A stretch of DNA of 64,000 nt from an uncultured delta proteobacterium (GTDB lineage: Bacteria; Desulfobacterota; RBG-13-43-22): the NCBI GenBank assembly GCA_963843145.1, contig CAWJJC010000002.1:106432-170431 (forward strand), read 5' to 3'. Shown here in pieces: positions 1 through 9,586 of this stretch. The stretch's first letter is position 1. The number at the start of each line of letters is the position of its first letter. The notes beneath the pieces are model-generated. The model saw only the letters and a list, made by a program, of their open reading frames with translations. It was not told where the DNA came from and made no database searches. Made by a program: the position numbers and the translations under genes.

Positions 1-943
1 AGACCTGGGTTTATCTTATCAGTTGAATGAAGTAGTCATATCCTGCGGCGGGAAGCACTCGCTGTATAATATTGCCCAGGTCCTTTGGGGCCCTGGGGAC
101 GAGGTTATTGTCCCGGCCCCCTACTGGGTCTCTTATCCCCCCATGATTCTTTTAGCGGGGGCCACTCCGGTGATCCTGCCCACTAAGGAAGAAAACGGTT
201 TTAAGGCCACCCCGGAAGAATTGGCCTCGGTGGTCACCAGAAAGACCCGGGCCGTCATCATTAATAGCCCCTCCAACCCCACGGGTTCCGTCTATAATCG
301 GGGAGAATTGGAAGCCTTGGGCCGCATCATTCTGGAAAAAGACCTCACCGTGGTCAGCGACGACCTTTATGACAAGATTATATTTAACGGCCGTTCTTTC
401 GTAAATTTGGCCATGCTGGGGGAGGATTATAGAACCCGAACCCTCATCGTCAATGGGGTATCCAAGGCCTACGCCATGACCGGCTGGCGAATCGGATATG
501 TCGCCGGTCCAAGGGAAGTCATTGCCGCCATTAACAAAATCCAAAGCCACAGTACTTCCAATCCGACCTCTATCGCTCAGAAAGCGGCACTGGCGGCGCT
601 GGGGGGACCCCAGGATTTCGTTCAACATCTGCGGCAGGAATTCGACCGTCGCCGGACCTACATCGCGGAGCGATTAGCCGCTCTGCCGGAGGTCCGAACC
701 TCCCTGCCGGACGGCGCTTTTTATATTTTCCCTAATTTTTCCGCCTATTATCACAAAAAAATAAGTGGGAAAACTATTAAAGATTCCCTTGAGTTGGCCG
801 ATTATCTATTAGAGAAGGCCCAGATCGCCGTAGTCCCCGGGGTGGCATTTGGAGAGGACCAATGCCTCCGTTTTTCATACGCCACTTCCCTGGCTTTGAT
901 TGAAAAGGGAATGGATCGGCTGGAAAAGGTCCTAAAGGGATGA
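1..943 (+). CDS. Pyridoxal-phosphate-dependent aminotransferase class I/II (aspartate aminotransferase), 5'-truncated by window edge
   Basis: Motifs NSPSNPTG, DDLY, SKAYAMTGWRIGY (PLP lysine), PGxAFG..LRFSYA. Confidence 0.93.
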   Translation, partial: DLGLSYQLNEVVISCGGKHSLYNIAQVLWGPGDEVIVPAPYWVSYPPMILLAGATPVILPTKEENGFKATPEELASVVTRKTRAVIINSPSNPTGSVYNRGELEALGRIILEKDLTVVSDDLYDKIIFNGRSFVNLAMLGEDYRTRTLIVNGVSKAYAMTGWRIGYVAGPREVIAAINKIQSHSTSNPTSIAQKAALAALGGPQDFVQHLRQEFDRRRTYIAERLAALPEVRTSLPDGAFYIFPNFSAYYHKKISGKTIKDSLELADYLLEKAQIAVVPGVAFGEDQCLRFSYATSLALIEKGMDRLEKVLKG

Positions 944-1055
944 CCTCTAAGAAAAATATTATTAATTTTGGACAGAGGAAGATTCCAACTTCCGACGGCG
1001 GAGCCTTCTTGGGACCCAAGAAGGCTCCGGACCTCAGGGAAAAGGGTAAGGAATC

Positions 1056-1346
1056 CTAACGAGTGCTGCGTTTGGAGGCCTTCAAGGGATTAATTTTTTG
1101 AGCAGGTTTAGTCGGGGCCTTAGGCTTTATGTGGGTGGCCAGATTGCAGTTGCCGAATTTCCACTTCTGAGCCGGATCGGGGCAGGAGATGCAAAATTTG
1201 CCGCTGGGAAAGTCTTTCGCCCGATCACAGCCGTCGCATTGTTCACTAACCGTCAGGCAGCCGCCACCGGTAAAGGAGCAACCTTTGGTATTCATGAAAG
1301 TGCAGGCCGTCCCGGCCTTTAAGGTTGTACAGTCCATGGGTTTCAC
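1056..1346 (-). CDS. Small cysteine-rich protein (PxxKW-type family)
   Basis: Cys pattern C..CxFM...GC...CxGC...C..CPDPAQKW..GNCNLATH and C-terminal KINPLKASKR; RBS-like AAGAAGGGGG before GTG; alternative ATG at 1337. Confidence 0.75.
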   Translation of the reverse strand: MKPMDCTTLKAGTACTFMNTKGCSFTGGGCLTVSEQCDGCDRAKDFPSGKFCISCPDPAQKWKFGNCNLATHIKPKAPTKPAQKINPLKASKRSTR

Positions 1347-1423
1347 CCCCCTTCTTACTAAAATTTATCAATCTATAATATTTTTCTTATAAATGTCAAT
1401 ATTTTTTTTAATTATTAATAGCC

Positions 1424-3121
1424 ATGTTTAAAAGTCGCCGCATCGGGGAACTGTTACTCCGGGAAAACAAGATCACTCCGCAACAACTGCAGGAGGCCCT
1501 GGAAGATCAGAAAAGACAGGGGGGGCAACAAAAAATCGGAGCCATCTTGGTCAAGAAAGGATTTGTCACCGAAGAAACGCTGACTTTCTTTTTGTCCAAG
1601 CACTTTGGTCTGCCTCAGATTCAATTGGAGGGGTTGGTCTTGGATCCGGCGTTGACCGAGGTCATCCCGGCCCAGGTGGCGCGAAAATATGAAATCTTGC
1701 CGATTGGCCGGGATGGGGCCAATTTAAAAATAGCCATCTCCGATCCCTCCAACATTTTTGCCCTGGATGACCTGAAATTTCTAACCGGAAGCAACATCCA
1801 GCTTTTTTTGGTGTCCGATCATAGTCTCAAGGAGGCCCTCGACAAATATTACACCATCACCGATACCATCTCCGATGTCCTGGAAGACATTAAAAACCTG
1901 GAGGTGGATGTCATTAAGCCCGAAGAGGACCAGGACGATCTGAGCCTGGAAATGGCCGCCGCGGAAGCCCCGGTGGTCAAACTGGCCAATTTGATCCTCA
2001 TGGACGCCATCAAACGGGGGGCCAGCGATATCCATTTTGAGACCTACGATAAGGCCTTCCGGGTTCGTTACCGTATCGATGGCGTGCTTTATGAGGTGAT
2101 GAATCCTCCCCTAAAATTGAAAAACGCGATCATCTCCCGGTTGAAAATCATGTCCAATCTCAATATCGCCGAAAGAAGGCTCCCGCAGGACGGACGACTG
2201 AAGTTGGGGTTCGGCCAGGGCAGAGAGATGGACTTCCGGGTCTCAACGCTACCGACCCTTTTTGGCGAAAAAGTGGTCCTCCGGCTGATGGATAACCGTG
2301 ATTCTCGTTTCGACTTAAACCTTCTGGGATTTGAGCCGGAGGCCTTGAAAGAGTTCCAATCGGCCATTCATAAGCCTCATGGCATGGTACTGGTCACCGG
2401 ACCGACGGGCAGCGGCAAAAGCACCACCCTTTACTCGGCCCTGAGAGAATTAAACCAGACCACCCAAAATATATCTACCGCTGAAGATCCGGTGGAAATG
2501 AATATTATGGGCATCAACCAGGTTCAGATCCACGAAGAGATAGGACTGACTTTCTCCCATACCTTAAGATCCTTCCTCCGTCAAGACCCGGATATCATTA
2601 TGGTCGGTGAAATCCGGGATCGGGATACCGCCGAGATCGCTATCAAAGCGGCCCTCACCGGGCATTTGGTTCTGAGCACCCTGCATACCAACGATGCCCC
2701 TAATACCGTGACTCGCCTTTTGGATATGGGCGTCGAGCCTTTTTTGGTGTCCTCCTCCTTGAACCTGGTGGTGGCCCAACGTTTAATTCGAACCCTCTGT
2801 ACCAAATGCAAACAGCGGATCGATGCACCGGAAGAATTGTTTCGAGAATTTAATCTGGATCCCGCGAGCGTGAGCTTATTCGGAGGCGCCGGTTGTCCGG
2901 AATGCAATTTTTCAGGCTATCGGGGCCGGATTGCCATCTATGAAGTGCTGCCTTTCCGCGACGAATTGAAAGAACTGATCTTCGAACGTTCCTCGGCGGC
3001 TGAAATCCGGAAAAAGGCTCGAACCTTAGGGATGATGACCCTTCGGGAAACCGGGATCAATAAGGTGATTGCCGGAGTGACGACCTTGGAAGAAGTATTA
3101 CGAATAACCGAAAGGGAGTAG
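1424..3121 (+). CDS. pilB: Type IV-A pilus assembly ATPase PilB
   Basis: N-terminal MshEN-like RIGELL, ASDIH, ERRLPQDGR, Walker A GPTGSGKSTT, LRQDPDIIMVGEIRD, CxxC...CxxC zinc motif. Confidence 0.95.
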   Translation: MFKSRRIGELLLRENKITPQQLQEALEDQKRQGGQQKIGAILVKKGFVTEETLTFFLSKHFGLPQIQLEGLVLDPALTEVIPAQVARKYEILPIGRDGANLKIAISDPSNIFALDDLKFLTGSNIQLFLVSDHSLKEALDKYYTITDTISDVLEDIKNLEVDVIKPEEDQDDLSLEMAAAEAPVVKLANLILMDAIKRGASDIHFETYDKAFRVRYRIDGVLYEVMNPPLKLKNAIISRLKIMSNLNIAERRLPQDGRLKLGFGQGREMDFRVSTLPTLFGEKVVLRLMDNRDSRFDLNLLGFEPEALKEFQSAIHKPHGMVLVTGPTGSGKSTTLYSALRELNQTTQNISTAEDPVEMNIMGINQVQIHEEIGLTFSHTLRSFLRQDPDIIMVGEIRDRDTAEIAIKAALTGHLVLSTLHTNDAPNTVTRLLDMGVEPFLVSSSLNLVVAQRLIRTLCTKCKQRIDAPEELFREFNLDPASVSLFGGAGCPECNFSGYRGRIAIYEVLPFRDELKELIFERSSAAEIRKKARTLGMMTLRETGINKVIAGVTTLEEVLRITERE

Positions 3122-3123
3122 CC

Positions 3124-4332
3124 ATGCGGACCTATAGCTGGGAAGGAAAATTGAAAACAGGAGAAGTAAAAAAGGGCGAGCTGGTGGCCGAAACCATTTC
3201 CATTGCCCGCATTCAATTGCGCAAGCTGCGTATCACCCCCATTCGGATTCGGGAGAAAAAAGACCAAACAAAGGCCGGCTTTTCCATCCGCCGTCGAATT
3301 CCCGAAAAGAACATCGTCGTCTTCACCCGCCAGTTTGCCACGATGATTAATGCCGGCCTGCCTTTGGTCCAATGTTTAAGCATCCTGGCCTCCCAGGAGG
3401 AAAACCCGGCCTTTTTAAAGGTCATCTCTCAGGTGAAAGGCGATGTGGAAAGCGGGCAGTCGTTGGCCGACGCCCTCAAGAAATTCCCAAAGGTTTTCAA
3501 TGACTTGTATGTTAATCTGGTGGAGGCCGGGGAAGCAGGTGGAATCTTGGATGTTATTCTCAATCGACTCTCTGAGTATATTGAGAAGGTGCAAAAGTTG
3601 AAAAAAAAGGTCAAGGGGGCGATGGTTTATCCGGCCGTCGTGGTGAGCGTGGCCGTTCTGGTCGTGACCGTCATCTTAATTTTTGTCATTCCGGTTTTTG
3701 AAAAAATGTTCTCCGAGTCCGGCCAGGCCCTCCCGCTTCCAACTCAGATAGTCATTGAACTGAGCCGGTTCGTCAAAAAGAACATTCTCTTCCTGGGCGT
3801 CGGGTTCGGATTTATCCTCTTCCTGCTCAAAAAATTTCATCGAACCTCGGCCGGAAAATACCTGATGGACGATTTCTCTCTGCGCATGCCGATTTTCGGG
3901 CCTCTGCTGCGCAAGGTGGCCGTTGCCAAATTTGCCCGGACCTTCGGGACCATGGTCAGCAGCGGTGTGCCCATCCTGGAGGCGTTGGAAATCGTCGCCC
4001 GCTCGGCGGGAAACAAGGTCATTGAGAAGGCAATTATCAAAGCCCGCGGCAGCATCAGTCAGGGGAAAACCATTGCCGAGCCGTTGACCGAAAGCAAGGT
4101 TTTTCCGCCCATGGTTACCCAGATGATTCAGGTGGGGGAATCCTCGGGCGAACTGGATACCATGCTCGGAAAGATCGCTGACTTTTACGATGATGAAGTC
4201 GACGCGGCCGTGAGCACCTTGACCGCCATGCTGGAACCTCTAATGATGGTTCTTCTGGGAGGACTGGTTGGCGGTTTAGTGGTGGCTATGTATCTGCCCA
4301 TCTTTAAAATGGCGGCGGTCATTTCCGGATAA
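3124..4332 (+). CDS. pilC: Type IV pilus inner-membrane platform protein PilC (T2SS F family)
   Basis: FTRQFATMINAGLPL, GEAGGILD, AMVYP, GESSGELD, LEP motifs; directly after pilB. Confidence 0.95.
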   Translation: MRTYSWEGKLKTGEVKKGELVAETISIARIQLRKLRITPIRIREKKDQTKAGFSIRRRIPEKNIVVFTRQFATMINAGLPLVQCLSILASQEENPAFLKVISQVKGDVESGQSLADALKKFPKVFNDLYVNLVEAGEAGGILDVILNRLSEYIEKVQKLKKKVKGAMVYPAVVVSVAVLVVTVILIFVIPVFEKMFSESGQALPLPTQIVIELSRFVKKNILFLGVGFGFILFLLKKFHRTSAGKYLMDDFSLRMPIFGPLLRKVAVAKFARTFGTMVSSGVPILEALEIVARSAGNKVIEKAIIKARGSISQGKTIAEPLTESKVFPPMVTQMIQVGESSGELDTMLGKIADFYDDEVDAAVSTLTAMLEPLMMVLLGGLVGGLVVAMYLPIFKMAAVISG

Positions 4333-4335
4333 GAA

Positions 4336-6033
4336 ATGGAAGGGGATTCCTCTCTGCATCAATGGCTACAGGCTAAGTCGGACCTGCTCAGGAAAACCCA
4401 ATGGCTGATCCTTTGGCGGTTGGTCTTCAGCTCCTTCATGCTGCTGTTGACCATTTTTTTTCATGAAAAAAAAGACTTCCCCGGAGCTTTCCCCCCGGGA
4501 CCGCTTTACTTCTTAATCGCCCTGCAATTCTGTTTTTCCCTGGTCTATATCCTGGCCCTGCTCCGTCTCCAGGCCGTAAAACCCATTGCCGTAGCGCAGT
4601 TGTTAATCGACGGATTAATCGTCTCGGGCGTGGTGCTGGTCACCGGAGGCCTGGAAAGCCTTTGGTTCTACCTCTATTTTTTCGTGATTTTAACCTCCGG
4701 GATCCTCTTTTATCGCCGGGGAGGCGCTCTGATGGCCGCGTACCTCAGTTTATTGTACGGGCTCCTGCTTCTTTTCCAGTACCAGGGCATCCTGGCCGAA
4801 TATCTGCCCGGGTATGAAGGGTTATCCTCCTACCGCTGGGGAACTTTTGTTTATCGGTATGGAATGGCCACCGCCGGTTTCTTTTTGGTCGGCTATTTGG
4901 GCAGTTTTTTCCCGGAGCAATCCTATCGCCAACGAATCGAGTTGGTTGCTCAACGTAAAAATATCGATCGGTTGGCGGAGTTTAACCACCTGATCCTTCA
5001 CCATTTGGATATGGGCTTGATCACCTTGGATTCCGGGGAGCACATCCTGAGCATCAATCCGGCCGGGGAGGCGATTCTGGGGCAAGACACTTCCCGATTA
5101 AAAGCTCAACCGGTGCTGGAAATCCTCCCCGGACTTCAGCATATTCCCGGATGGCCTAATCTGCTCCAGGGGGAACGATTTGAAGTAGACTACCAGCACC
5201 CTGACGGCCAGACCCTCTATCTTGGTTTTTCGCTGACCTATCCCAGAGAAGGACAATCCACCGGCCTGGAAAAAATTATCACTTTTAAAGATTTGACCCA
5301 AATTCACGAGATGGAAGATCATCTCCGCCAAATGGACCGGTTGGCCATGATGGGGCAGATGGCCGCCGGGATCGTCCATGAGATTAAAAACCCGCTGGCC
5401 TCGATCAGCGGATCCATTCAAATGATCCGAGAGGAACTGAAAGAGGACGGGCCGGGTGACCGACTAATCAATCTGGTCTCCCGGGAAGTCGAGAAACTGG
5501 ATGCCTTGCTCAATGATTTTATCACCTTTGCCCGCCCCTCTCAAACTTCCGAAAAAGGAGTGGATTTAGATGAAGTGATCCCTGGAACGATTGAAATGAT
5601 CCAGAAAAACAAAGGGGTGGCCGGGACGATTCAGTGGGAGCTCAATCTGGAACCGAACCTGGTTTTGAAAATCCCGCCCAATGAACTTTCCCAAATACTC
5701 TGGAATCTGCTGACCAATGCCCTTCAGGCGGTTTCGGAAGGGGGGCATATTCGACTGGTCGGACGACGGCTCAAGGAAGGCCGTTTTCGGGACGGGGTGG
5801 AGATCCGGATAAGGGATGACGGCCCCGGTATCACGGAGGATCAAGGCAAACGAATTTTTGAACCTTTTTTCACCACCAAAGAAAAAGGCCTGGGCTTGGG
5901 ATTAAGTATTGTTCAAAAACTGGTTTCCCAGCATCAGGGAATCATCAAAGTGAGTAGTCCCGTGGAAGGAGGGACCGAATTTATCCTGATTTTTCCCCCT
6001 GGGCAGGAAAAAGCGTTGACATTGTCCGAATAA
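4336..6033 (+). CDS. pilS: PilS-like membrane sensor histidine kinase
   Basis: Several N-terminal TM helices, PAS-like region, H-box HEIKNPLASISG, N box NLLTNA, G boxes DDGPG and GLGLGL; pil context. Confidence 0.85.
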   Translation: MEGDSSLHQWLQAKSDLLRKTQWLILWRLVFSSFMLLLTIFFHEKKDFPGAFPPGPLYFLIALQFCFSLVYILALLRLQAVKPIAVAQLLIDGLIVSGVVLVTGGLESLWFYLYFFVILTSGILFYRRGGALMAAYLSLLYGLLLLFQYQGILAEYLPGYEGLSSYRWGTFVYRYGMATAGFFLVGYLGSFFPEQSYRQRIELVAQRKNIDRLAEFNHLILHHLDMGLITLDSGEHILSINPAGEAILGQDTSRLKAQPVLEILPGLQHIPGWPNLLQGERFEVDYQHPDGQTLYLGFSLTYPREGQSTGLEKIITFKDLTQIHEMEDHLRQMDRLAMMGQMAAGIVHEIKNPLASISGSIQMIREELKEDGPGDRLINLVSREVEKLDALLNDFITFARPSQTSEKGVDLDEVIPGTIEMIQKNKGVAGTIQWELNLEPNLVLKIPPNELSQILWNLLTNALQAVSEGGHIRLVGRRLKEGRFRDGVEIRIRDDGPGITEDQGKRIFEPFFTTKEKGLGLGLSIVQKLVSQHQGIIKVSSPVEGGTEFILIFPPGQEKALTLSE

Positions 6034-6062
6034 CTGCGTTATGGGAGAAGTTGAGAAAAGGG

Positions 6063-6095
6063 GATTGCTTCGTCGCTTCGCTCCTCGCAATGACA
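6063..6095. repeat. REP-like palindromic repeat half (GATTGCTTCGTCGCTTCGCTCCTCGCAATGACA)
   Basis: Intergenic imperfect palindrome of the widespread GTCATTGCGAG...GCAATC type. Confidence 0.6.
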
Positions 6096-6154
6096 GTCCG
6101 AGGGGGGATTGGCGTGGAACTATCGGTTTTGAACTTTTGGGAAGGATAACCCTG

Positions 6155-6949
6155 ATGACCGGGCCTGAAAATTTTTTCAATACCTCCGAATGGGCCTTTC
6201 AAGATCTGCTGGCCGGAGTGGACCACGTTTGGGAAGTCCTGCCGAAGATCAAAAATTATATCCGAGAAACAATCCATCCCAATCTGAAACCGCTTTTCCA
6301 AAAAGGCCCCTTCCTGGCCAAAACCGTAGTCCTCTATCAGGGGGATTTATTGGAAGATGGATTTACGCTGCTCCCCGGCGATGCCACCAAAGGCAATTTT
6401 CAGGTCAAATTTGGAGGGATGATACTAGCCGGGGCCACGGTCATTTACGGAGGCGTAACCCTGGCTGGGGAAGAAATCTCCATCGGAGAAGGGTCCGTGG
6501 TGGAATCCGGGGCCTTTATTCAGGGCCCGACCTTGATCGGCCGGCAAACGGAGGTACGGCAGGGGGCCTATATCCGCGGGGCCTGCTTAATCGGAGACCG
6601 CTGTGTCGTGGGCCACGTCACCGAAATGAAAAATTCGGTTATGCTGGACGGGGCCAAGGCCGGGCATTTTGCCTATATTGGGGACAGCATTCTGGGAAAG
6701 CAGTGCAATCTGGGCGCCGGGACCAAATGTGCCAATTTAAAAATGGTCAAAACCCCCATCACGATAAGGTGCGACCAAAAGATCTATGAGACGGGGCTGA
6801 GGAAATTCGGTGTGGTTATGGGCGACCGGACAGAGACCGGTTGCAACGCCGTGACCAGCCCGGGGACGCTGCTCGGACCCGGATGTCTGGTGGCCCCCAA
6901 CGTGACGGTCAAAGGCGGCTACTACCCTCCCAAATCCGTTATTCGCTGA
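6155..6949 (+). CDS. Left-handed beta-helix (hexapeptide repeat) acyltransferase, GlmU C-terminal-like
   Basis: Hexapeptide repeats, GHFAYIGDSILG..CNLGAGT, RKFGVVMGD; ATG 6155 follows GAAGGA, upstream ORF extension runs through the REP. Confidence 0.8.
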   Translation: MTGPENFFNTSEWAFQDLLAGVDHVWEVLPKIKNYIRETIHPNLKPLFQKGPFLAKTVVLYQGDLLEDGFTLLPGDATKGNFQVKFGGMILAGATVIYGGVTLAGEEISIGEGSVVESGAFIQGPTLIGRQTEVRQGAYIRGACLIGDRCVVGHVTEMKNSVMLDGAKAGHFAYIGDSILGKQCNLGAGTKCANLKMVKTPITIRCDQKIYETGLRKFGVVMGDRTETGCNAVTSPGTLLGPGCLVAPNVTVKGGYYPPKSVIR

Positions 6950-6960
6950 GGTTTTCCGGT

Positions 6961-7740
6961 ATGGGTGGAGCGTGCATTGCTTTCAGTCATCGTTTTAAAG
7001 CCTGTCCCGACGTAGTCTTTATTCCCCCCCGTCCCAATTTTTCGGACTTTTCCCCGCGAGAAAAAGACCTGATCCGAACCGCAGAGAAGATTTATTATCC
7101 GAACCCGCTCTATGTGGACGTCTTTCTGACCCTGGGGAAATTGATTTTTCCCAGCCGGGAGACGTACGTTTATTCGGGGGATAAAATCAAACAGACCGTC
7201 CTTTTTCAACTCTTACGGATTCCCCATCCTCAAACCCGATTTTATTTTGGACGTCAAAAAGACCGGATCCCCGGAGAATTCCCCTTTCCTTTTATCGCTA
7301 AGATCCCTCGGGGGTCTTCCATGGGGGAGGGGGTTTATTTGATCACTAATGAAACCGAATTAGGGCACTATAAGGACCGAAACCCGGTGGCCTATATCCA
7401 GGAATACCTTCCTCTGGAAAGAGACCTGCGGGTTGTTCTGATCAATCACCAGGTGATCCTGGCCTATTGGAAGAAAGGCCGGCCGGGTGAATTTCGCCAC
7501 AACCTGGCCCAGGGAGGCGAGCTGGATTTTGAGGAGATTCCTGGCGAGGCCTTGCGATTCGCCCAAGAGGTTACCCGGGCTTGCAATTTTAATGACGTGG
7601 GTTTGGATTTATGCCATACTGAAAAAGACGGCTGGATGGTCATGGAAGCCAATATGAACTACGGCCGGCAGGGCTTGGCCAGCCGGGGATTCATACTGTC
7701 GGAGGTCTACCGCTCTCTGGTGGAGAAAGGCGCTATCTAA
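6961..7740 (+). CDS. RimK-like ATP-grasp ligase
   Basis: DKIKQ, FPFIAK..GSSMGEGVYLI, YIQEYLP...DLRVV, FRHNLAQGG, GLDL...VMEAN. Confidence 0.8.
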   Translation: MGGACIAFSHRFKACPDVVFIPPRPNFSDFSPREKDLIRTAEKIYYPNPLYVDVFLTLGKLIFPSRETYVYSGDKIKQTVLFQLLRIPHPQTRFYFGRQKDRIPGEFPFPFIAKIPRGSSMGEGVYLITNETELGHYKDRNPVAYIQEYLPLERDLRVVLINHQVILAYWKKGRPGEFRHNLAQGGELDFEEIPGEALRFAQEVTRACNFNDVGLDLCHTEKDGWMVMEANMNYGRQGLASRGFILSEVYRSLVEKGAI

Positions 7741-7752
7741 TTGAAGATCTTT

Positions 7753-7821
7753 AAATCCGAAATTCGAAGCACGAAATCCGAAACAAGCACGTCGGATTTC
7801 GAAATTCGGATTTCGAATTTG
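7753..7821. repeat. Inverted array of heptamer repeats (AAATYCG / CGRATTT)
   Basis: aaatccg aaattcg aagcacg aaatccg followed by cggattt cgaaatt cggattt cgaattt; folds as a hairpin. Confidence 0.65.
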
Positions 7822-7845
7822 GACCAATAGTATTGGTTAGATTTT

Positions 7846-8268
7846 ATGATCGCCATCGACTTGAAATGTTCTCAAGACCACTGCTTTGAGGGCTGGTTTG
7901 CCGGTCTTGAGGTCTTTTATCAGCAGCAGAAGGACGGGGAAATTCAATGCCCCATTTGTGACGACCATCAAATTTCCCGGATCCTCTCCCCGGTAGCCAT
8001 TCGCCGGCATGGGGCTGCGCCGCCCCAAACCGTTCCGGAAGCTAAGCCGGGAGCCGCTCTGACCAAGCAATGGCAGGAGCTGAAAACGTACCTCCAAGAG
8101 CATTTCGAGGAGGTGGGAACGGATTTTGCCAAAGAAGCGTTGAAAATGCACTACGGGGCCACGGAAAAACGAAATATCAAGGGATCCTCCACGGCCCAGG
8201 AGGAAGAAGTCCTTCAAAAAGAAGGGGTAGAATTCTTCAAAATCCCGATGCTCAAAGAAGGGAACTGA
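7846..8268 (+). CDS. DUF1178 family protein
   Basis: C..DHCFEGWF, CPIC, VGTDFAKEALKMHYG...RNIKG....EEE.L.KEG. Confidence 0.85.
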   Translation: MIAIDLKCSQDHCFEGWFAGLEVFYQQQKDGEIQCPICDDHQISRILSPVAIRRHGAAPPQTVPEAKPGAALTKQWQELKTYLQEHFEEVGTDFAKEALKMHYGATEKRNIKGSSTAQEEEVLQKEGVEFFKIPMLKEGN

Positions 8269-8448
8269 CCTTTATCTTTGCATAAAAATTTGGCGAAAGG
8301 CATGGATAAATTTATTTTTACCCTTCGGGAAAGCCGGGGAGGCCTCATCTCCTTTGTTCTCCAGGGCTTGCAGTATAAGGTATACCACTTCGCCCTGGAC
8401 GCCTCGGATCTGCGGCCTCCGCGACTTTTGCAAAAATAAGGTCCGCGG

Positions 8449-9138
8449 ATGGCCCTTAGCCGGCCGAAGCAAATTCAAATTTCCCTGGCGGCCAATTTGG
8501 CCTACGGCCTCTGTAAACTCTGGTTTTCCACCTGCCGCGTTAAAATTCTCCAGCCGGAAATCCATCAACAATGGGCGTTAGGACCTCGGCCCTACATCGG
8601 CGCCACCTGGCACCGAGGGGCCATCTTCTATTGCTATTACTACGGCCCGCAGCATCACCAGGTCATGTTCAGCCAGAGCGAGGATGGAGAATATTTGGCC
8701 CGCTTCGCCCAAAAATGCGGCATGATACCGGTGCGGGGCTCTTCCACCCGGGGCGGGGAGCGGGCGCTGGTCCAAATGATCCGGCACCTGCGCCAGGGTC
8801 GGGGGCACTGCGCCACGGTCCTGGATGGGCCCCAGGGGCCGCGCTTCGTCGCCAAAAAAGGGTTGCTGGTCCTGGCCAAAAATACCGGGGCCCCGCTTCT
8901 GCCGGGTAACTGGTCCGCTTCCCGGGCCATCACCCTGGAAAGAACCTGGGACCGGACCATGGTCCCGGCCCCTTTCAGCCGGATCGCCATCGCCTACGGA
9001 GAGCCCCTGTTCATCCCCCGGGATTGCTCCGAGGATGATCTGGAGGGTTTCCGTCTGGAACTCGAAACCCGTATGAATAATGCGATGCGGGAAGCGGATG
9101 ATCATTGCGGGTACAGGACCCGCTGGCTGAATTCTTAG
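8449..9138 (+). CDS. Lysophospholipid acyltransferase family protein (DUF374)
   Basis: WH, SQSEDGE, VRGSSTRGG, DGPQGP, TWDRT.VP.PFS motifs. Confidence 0.85.
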   Translation: MALSRPKQIQISLAANLAYGLCKLWFSTCRVKILQPEIHQQWALGPRPYIGATWHRGAIFYCYYYGPQHHQVMFSQSEDGEYLARFAQKCGMIPVRGSSTRGGERALVQMIRHLRQGRGHCATVLDGPQGPRFVAKKGLLVLAKNTGAPLLPGNWSASRAITLERTWDRTMVPAPFSRIAIAYGEPLFIPRDCSEDDLEGFRLELETRMNNAMREADDHCGYRTRWLNS

Positions 9139-9245
9139 GGTTGCGTTTAGGGCTGTCTCCACCATTCCTGGGAACCGTGATTTATTATCGCCGCCATTTT
9201 CAACCGAGGGATATCATCACCCGTGTTGAAACTTGCTTCCTGTAA
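9138..9245 (+). ncRNA. 5' part of a candidate structured RNA/hairpin locus interrupted by the island (3' part at 25529-25599)
   Basis: TTTCAAC 9198-9204 pairs with GTTGAAA 9225-9231; outer arms pair with sequence at 25545-25599; identity unknown. Confidence 0.4.
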
Positions 9246-9463
9246 TCGTTTAAGTTGCCAATTCATAGAAATGAAAGAGTACAAACGCAAATCGTTGAAA
9301 GATGCCCCCCAGTAAGGGTTCCCGCCATAGCGAAAAATCTCCCTATTTATTATTCTCGAAACCTTGAATAATGGGGGCCATTCAAAGGCCAGATCAATAA
9401 GGTAACCTGTCTTCCAGCAACGCCAATTTGGCTTAAAGGGGAGCCAGCAAATAGAGGAAATTA

Positions 9464-9499
9464 GGAAACCCCGTTTCTCAAGCGAGAGAGGGGGTTTTT
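9464..9499 (+). terminator. Leader hairpin/terminator upstream of DUF1566 gene (homolog at 16128-16164)
   Basis: GGAAACCCCGTTTCTCAAGCGAGAGAGGGGGTTTTT stem-loop plus T run. Confidence 0.55.
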
Positions 9500-9586
9500 G
9501 ATTTTTCCCCTGATACAACAACGAAGGAAGCGAGTCCCTTTCTACGGAGATTCCTGGGCATTAAACAACAAAAAAGGAGGTTCGCA

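Noticed and set aside
9150-9164. GTCTCCACCA resembling a tmRNA/tRNA 3' end
   Set aside because: No T-arm (GTTCRA) or matching acceptor 5' strand upstream.
9147-9521. Minus-strand ORF ending QEASFNTGDDIPRLKMAAIINHGSQEWWRQP; after removing the island this frame stays open back to the pcm stop
   Set aside because: No start codon or RBS between the pcm stop and the junction; better explained as the antisense of a conserved structured sequence, though not excluded.
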